From the IMG/VR virus record IMGVR_UViG_2541047746_000007: a stretch of DNA of 29,075 nt. One strand, 5' to 3'. Source of the stretch: a virus. Its lineage: Duplodnaviria > Heunggongvirae > Uroviricota > Caudoviricetes. The position numbers and the translations under genes are program-made. The notes below the pieces were generated by a model, which did not search any database, was not told the DNA's origin, and worked only from the letters and a program-made list of their open reading frames with translations. How positions within the stretch are numbered: the stretch's first letter is position 1; every line of letters begins with the position of its first letter. Positions 25,186-29,075 of the stretch are shown one piece after another.

Positions 25186-26693
25186 TGGCAATTCTTGATG
25201 ATGTGATTGGCGTTTTTTCACCAGGATGGAAAGCGGCAAGGCTGCGTTCCCGTGCGGTGATCCAGGCTTATGAGGCCGTAAAAACGACGCGGACACACAA
25301 AGCCCGGCGGGAAAACCGAACTGCCGACCAGTTAAGCCAGTACGGGGCCGTGTCGTTACGTGAGCAGGCCCGTTACCTTGATAACAACCACGATCTGGTC
25401 ATTGGTGTATTTGACAAGCTGGAAGAACGGGTGGTGGGGAAAAACGGGATTATTGTCGAGCCACATCCGGTATTACGCAATGGGGCCATTGCCCGTGATC
25501 TGGCAGCGGAGATACGCACCCGATGGAGTGAATGGTCTGTCAGTCCGGAAGTCACCGGGCAGTTTACCCGTCCGATGCTGGAACGTCTGATGTTGCGTAC
25601 CTGGCTGCGCGATGGTGAGGTGTTTGCCCAGATGGTTTCCGGGCGCATAAACAGCCTGACGCCTTCTGCCGGTGTTCATTTCTGGCTGGAGGCGCTCGAG
25701 CCGGACTTTATTCCCATGACCAGTGATGAGAGCAACAGGCTGAATCAGGGCGTGTTTGTTGATGACTGGGGGCGTCCCGAAAAATATCTGGTGTATAAAA
25801 GCCGTCCCGTATCCGGACGGCAGATGGAAACCAAAGAAGTGGATGCAGAGCGAATGCTGCATCTTAAATTTGTTCGCCGTCTGCACCAGATGCGCGGGAC
25901 GTCTTTGTTGTCCGGTGTGCTGATCCGCCTCAGTGCCCTGAAAGAGTATGAAGATTCTGAGCTGACTGCAGCAAGGATCGCCGCTGCTCTGGGGATGTAC
26001 ATCCGGAAAGGCGACGGGCAGAGCTATGAACCGGATGGTAATGGCAGCAAGGATAAGGAACGCGAGCTTACCATTCAGCCAGGCATTATTTACGACGATC
26101 TGAAACCCGGCGAAGAAATCGGAATGGTGAAGTCGGATCGCCCCAATCCTAATCTTGAAACTTTTCGTAATGGTCAGTTGCGTGCCGTGGCGGCGGGCAG
26201 TCGTCTGAGTTTTTCCAGTACAGCGCGCAACTATAACGGCACTTACAGCGCCCAGCGTCAGGAGCTGGTTGAATCCACTGATGGCTACCTGATCCTGCAG
26301 GACTGGTTTATTGGTGCCGTCACCCGCCCGATGTATCGTGCCTGGCTGAAACAGGCTGTGGCATCCGGTGTTATCAGGCTACCCCGCGATCTTGATCGTT
26401 CTTCACTGTATACCGCGGTGTATTCCGGACCGGTGATGCCGTGGATTGACCCTGTTAAGGAGGCTGAGGCCTGGAAAATTCAGATTCGTGGTGGAGCGGC
26501 GACAGAATCAGACTGGGTACGTGCAGGTGGTCGTAATCCAGATGATGTCAAACGTCGGCGCAAGGCCGAAATTGATGAAAACCGCAAGCTGGATCTGGTA
26601 TTTGATACCGATCCGGCCAGTGATAAAGGAGGCAGCAGTGCCGCAACGAAACGACAGGAGCCGCAGCACACCGACGACCAGTCCGAAGAATAA
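25185..26693 (+). CDS. Portal protein (lambda gpB-like)
   Basis: 502 aa from the ATG at 25185 (ATGA overlap with the gpW stop); size and position between gpW and the protease/capsid gene. The track ORF start at 25113 is over-extended. Confidence 0.8.
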   Translation: MAILDDVIGVFSPGWKAARLRSRAVIQAYEAVKTTRTHKARRENRTADQLSQYGAVSLREQARYLDNNHDLVIGVFDKLEERVVGKNGIIVEPHPVLRNGAIARDLAAEIRTRWSEWSVSPEVTGQFTRPMLERLMLRTWLRDGEVFAQMVSGRINSLTPSAGVHFWLEALEPDFIPMTSDESNRLNQGVFVDDWGRPEKYLVYKSRPVSGRQMETKEVDAERMLHLKFVRRLHQMRGTSLLSGVLIRLSALKEYEDSELTAARIAAALGMYIRKGDGQSYEPDGNGSKDKERELTIQPGIIYDDLKPGEEIGMVKSDRPNPNLETFRNGQLRAVAAGSRLSFSSTARNYNGTYSAQRQELVESTDGYLILQDWFIGAVTRPMYRAWLKQAVASGVIRLPRDLDRSSLYTAVYSGPVMPWIDPVKEAEAWKIQIRGGAATESDWVRAGGRNPDDVKRRRKAEIDENRKLDLVFDTDPASDKGGSSAATKRQEPQHTDDQSEE

Positions 26694-28665
26694 TTCCTGG
26701 TTCAGGATGCAGGCAGGTCACCAGAGTGACGCGGATATTTATATTTATGACGAGATTGGTTTCTGGGGTGTTACGGCGAAGCAGTTTATCAGTGATCTGA
26801 ATGCACTGGGCGATATCACCCACATTAATCTCCATATTAATTCACCGGGTGGCGATGTCTTTGAAGGCATCGCCATTTTTAATGCACTGAAAACACATGG
26901 TGCGTCCATTACCGTTTATGTCGACGGTGTGGCGGCGTCAATGGCGTCGGTCATTGCGATGGTGGGAAACCCGGTCATTATGCCGGAAAACTCCTTCATG
27001 ATGATTCATAAACCATTTGGCTTTACGGGCGGTGATGCGGAGGACATGCGCACCTATGCCGACCTGCTCGATAAAGTTGAGGCGGTTCTGTTACCCGCTT
27101 ATGCACAGAAAACCGGGAAAACCACCGATGAAATTGCTGCCATGCTGGCGGATGAGACCTGGATGTCCGGTGCCGAATGTCTGGCACAGGGATTTGCTGA
27201 TCAGGTGACACCAGCCGTTAAGGCAATGGCATGTATTCAGTCAAAACGTACAGAGGAATTTAAAAAGATGCCGGAATCCATTCGAAATATGATTACTCCG
27301 CCACGCAACAGTGCTCCACGCGTACAGGATGATGGACCTGCAGCCTCCCGGACGCCAGTGCAGGCAGCAGCACCCGTGGTGGATGAAAACAGCATCCGTG
27401 CGCAGGTCCTGGCAGAGCAAAAAGCGCGTGTAAACGGTATTAATGATCTGTTTGCCATGTTTGGCGGGCGTTATCAGTCGTTGCAGGCTCAGTGTCTTGC
27501 CGATCCTGAATGTTCGCTGGAGCAGGCCCGCGAAAAGCTGTTGAACGAGATGGGGCGCGAGTCCACGCCATCCAATAAAAATACCCCGGCTCATATTTAT
27601 GCCGGTAACGGTAATTTTGTGGGGGACGGGATCCGCCAGGCGCTGATGGCGCGCGCCGGGTTTGAAAAAACTGAACGTGATAATGTCTACAACGGGATGA
27701 CCCTGCGTGAATATGCCCGTATGTCACTGACTGAACGTGGTATTGGTGTTTCCAGTTATAACCCGATGCAGATGGTCGGTGCGGCGTTCACACACAGTAC
27801 GTCTGACTTCGGTAATATTCTGCTGGATGTTGCGAACAAAGCCATTCTGCAGGGCTGGGAAGATGCCCCTGAAACCTATGAACAGTGGACGCGGAAAGGT
27901 CAGTTGTCTGATTTTAAAATTGCCCATCGTGTGGGTATGGGGGGCTTCAGTGCTCTGCGTCAGGTGCGTGAAGGGGCAGAATATAAATACGTCACCACCG
28001 GAGATAAACAGGCCACTATTGCACTGGCGACCTATGGCGAGCTGTTCAGTATCACCCGTCAGGCCATTATCAATGATGATCTGAATATGCTGACCGATGT
28101 CCCGATGAAGCTGGGCCGTGCGGCGAAATCCACTATTGCCGATCTGGTTTATGCCATTCTGACGTCTAACCCGAAAATCTCCACAGATAATGTAAGTCTG
28201 TTCGATAAAGCGAAACATGCAAACGTACTGGAGAGCGCGGCAATGGACGTGGCATCGCTGGATAAAGCCCGCCAGTTGATGCGCGTTCAGAAAGAGGGTG
28301 AGCGTCATCTGAATATTCGTCCTGCGTTCGTACTGGTACCGACGGCGATGGAGTCTGTTGCTAACCAGGTCATTCGCTCCTCAAGTGTCAAGGGGGCTGA
28401 CATTAACGCCGGTATTATTAACCCGGTGAAAGATTTTGCGACCGTTATTGCAGAGCCTCGTCTTGATGATAACAGCCAGACCACCTTCTACCTGGCTGCG
28501 TCCAAAGGCTCCGATACGATTGAAGTGGCTTATCTCAACGGTGTGGATACGCCATATATTGATCAGATGGAGGGCTTCAGTGTGGATGGCGTGACAACGA
28601 AAGTGCGTATTGACGCTGGTGTTGCGCCAGTTGATCACCGCGGCCTGGTGAAATGTACGGCGTAA
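26638..28665 (+). CDS. Prohead protease (ClpP/S14-like) fused to a major capsid protein domain
   Basis: N-terminal ClpP-like segment (IYIYDEIGFWGV...INSPGGDVFEGIAIFNAL...ASMASVIAM), then a linker and a large C-terminal capsid-like domain. GTG at 26638 has a strong RBS (AAGGAGG); ATG at 26706 is an alternative start. Confidence 0.75.
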   Translation: MPQRNDRSRSTPTTSPKNNSWFRMQAGHQSDADIYIYDEIGFWGVTAKQFISDLNALGDITHINLHINSPGGDVFEGIAIFNALKTHGASITVYVDGVAASMASVIAMVGNPVIMPENSFMMIHKPFGFTGGDAEDMRTYADLLDKVEAVLLPAYAQKTGKTTDEIAAMLADETWMSGAECLAQGFADQVTPAVKAMACIQSKRTEEFKKMPESIRNMITPPRNSAPRVQDDGPAASRTPVQAAAPVVDENSIRAQVLAEQKARVNGINDLFAMFGGRYQSLQAQCLADPECSLEQAREKLLNEMGRESTPSNKNTPAHIYAGNGNFVGDGIRQALMARAGFEKTERDNVYNGMTLREYARMSLTERGIGVSSYNPMQMVGAAFTHSTSDFGNILLDVANKAILQGWEDAPETYEQWTRKGQLSDFKIAHRVGMGGFSALRQVREGAEYKYVTTGDKQATIALATYGELFSITRQAIINDDLNMLTDVPMKLGRAAKSTIADLVYAILTSNPKISTDNVSLFDKAKHANVLESAAMDVASLDKARQLMRVQKEGERHLNIRPAFVLVPTAMESVANQVIRSSSVKGADINAGIINPVKDFATVIAEPRLDDNSQTTFYLAASKGSDTIEVAYLNGVDTPYIDQMEGFSVDGVTTKVRIDAGVAPVDHRGLVKCTA

Positions 28666-28689
28666 ACGTCGCAGACAACAACTCTGATG

Positions 28690-28708
28690 GCCCGTAAGGG
28701 CTTTTTTT
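28690..28708 (+). terminator. Weak Rho-independent terminator after the capsid gene
   Basis: GCCC-GTAA-GGGC followed by TTTTTTT. Confidence 0.5.
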
Positions 28709-28751
28709 GTACCTGAAATCAGCCCCTGAACGGGGCTGTGCGGAGACAGTT

Positions 28752-29075
28752 ATGGCAAAGAATTTTGTAGAAGAAGGAAAAACGGTGGCGATTGTTGCCA
28801 GTGCAGCCATCAGCAGCGGAGATCTGGTGCAGGTGGGGGATGTTTTTGCGGTGGCGCTGACCGATATTCCACAGGGAGAAACAGGCGACGGCATAACCGA
28901 AGGTGTGTTTATGCTGCCTAAGCTGAAAACGGATGACATGAAAACGGGTAAGAAGGTTTATCTGAAGTCAGGAAAAGTTCAGCTGACTAACAGCGGCTCT
29001 GAGCCGCTGGTCGGGGTTGTCTGGGCAGATGCCGGAACCAGTGCAGAAGAAGTGCCGGTAAAACTCAATGTCTGA
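28752..29075 (+). CDS. Small head-associated protein (DUF2190-like, putative decoration protein)
   Basis: 107 aa from the ATG at 28752 (RBS GGAGA); Gly/Val/Ala-rich beta-type sequence immediately downstream of the capsid gene. Ends TGA at 29073-29075. Confidence 0.55.
   Translation: MAKNFVEEGKTVAIVASAAISSGDLVQVGDVFAVALTDIPQGETGDGITEGVFMLPKLKTDDMKTGKKVYLKSGKVQLTNSGSEPLVGVVWADAGTSAEEVPVKLNV

Noticed and set aside
23000-26002. Numerous short ORFs on both strands inside the terminase and portal genes
   Set aside because: All nested in long, motif-bearing structural genes; typical high-GC shadow ORFs.
26446-26637. N-terminal 64 codons of the track's 739-aa capsid ORF
   Set aside because: This stretch overlaps the portal C-terminus in another frame; a GTG with a consensus AAGGAGG RBS at 26638 is a far better start.
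27017-28939. Minus- and plus-strand ORFs (e.g. 27724-28308, 28577-28939) within and after the capsid gene
   Set aside because: Antisense or off-frame to the capsid ORF; Arg/His/Cys-rich translations without RBS.

Overview
This 29-kb window reads as the left two-thirds of a lambdoid (Qin/Rac/KpLE1-like mosaic) prophage in an Escherichia-type chromosome. Every family assignment below comes from reading the translated ORFs, motifs and repeats by eye; none was checked by a database search. The window opens at the host/prophage junction inside the 5' end of prfC, followed by a P4-type integrase and an AT-rich orphan cargo gene. A leftward early operon (YfdP-like, YfdQ-like, HD phosphohydrolase YfdR-like, AlpA/Xis-like) lies downstream of a predicted PL and a long structured leader, with no N-like gene. 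The cI/cro switch carries TGTACA-type palindromic operators. The replication module has an O-like initiator with internal iterons. The nin-like region (PerC-like, Dam methylase, LexA-DNA-binding-domain-only protein, RusA, KilA-N, DUF968, antiterminator Q) is interrupted by an ISL3-family insertion sequence with an 8-bp target duplication and a ClbS/DfsB-like passenger gene. Two cold-shock moron islands flank the lysis cassette (dual-start holin, SAR-endolysin, Rz with embedded Rz1). A lambda-like cos site precedes the head module (small and large terminase, gpW, portal, ClpP-protease/capsid fusion, DUF2190 head protein). No rRNA, tRNA or CRISPR array was seen. The strongest candidate for something undescribed is the AT-rich 377-aa orphan gene beside the integrase.
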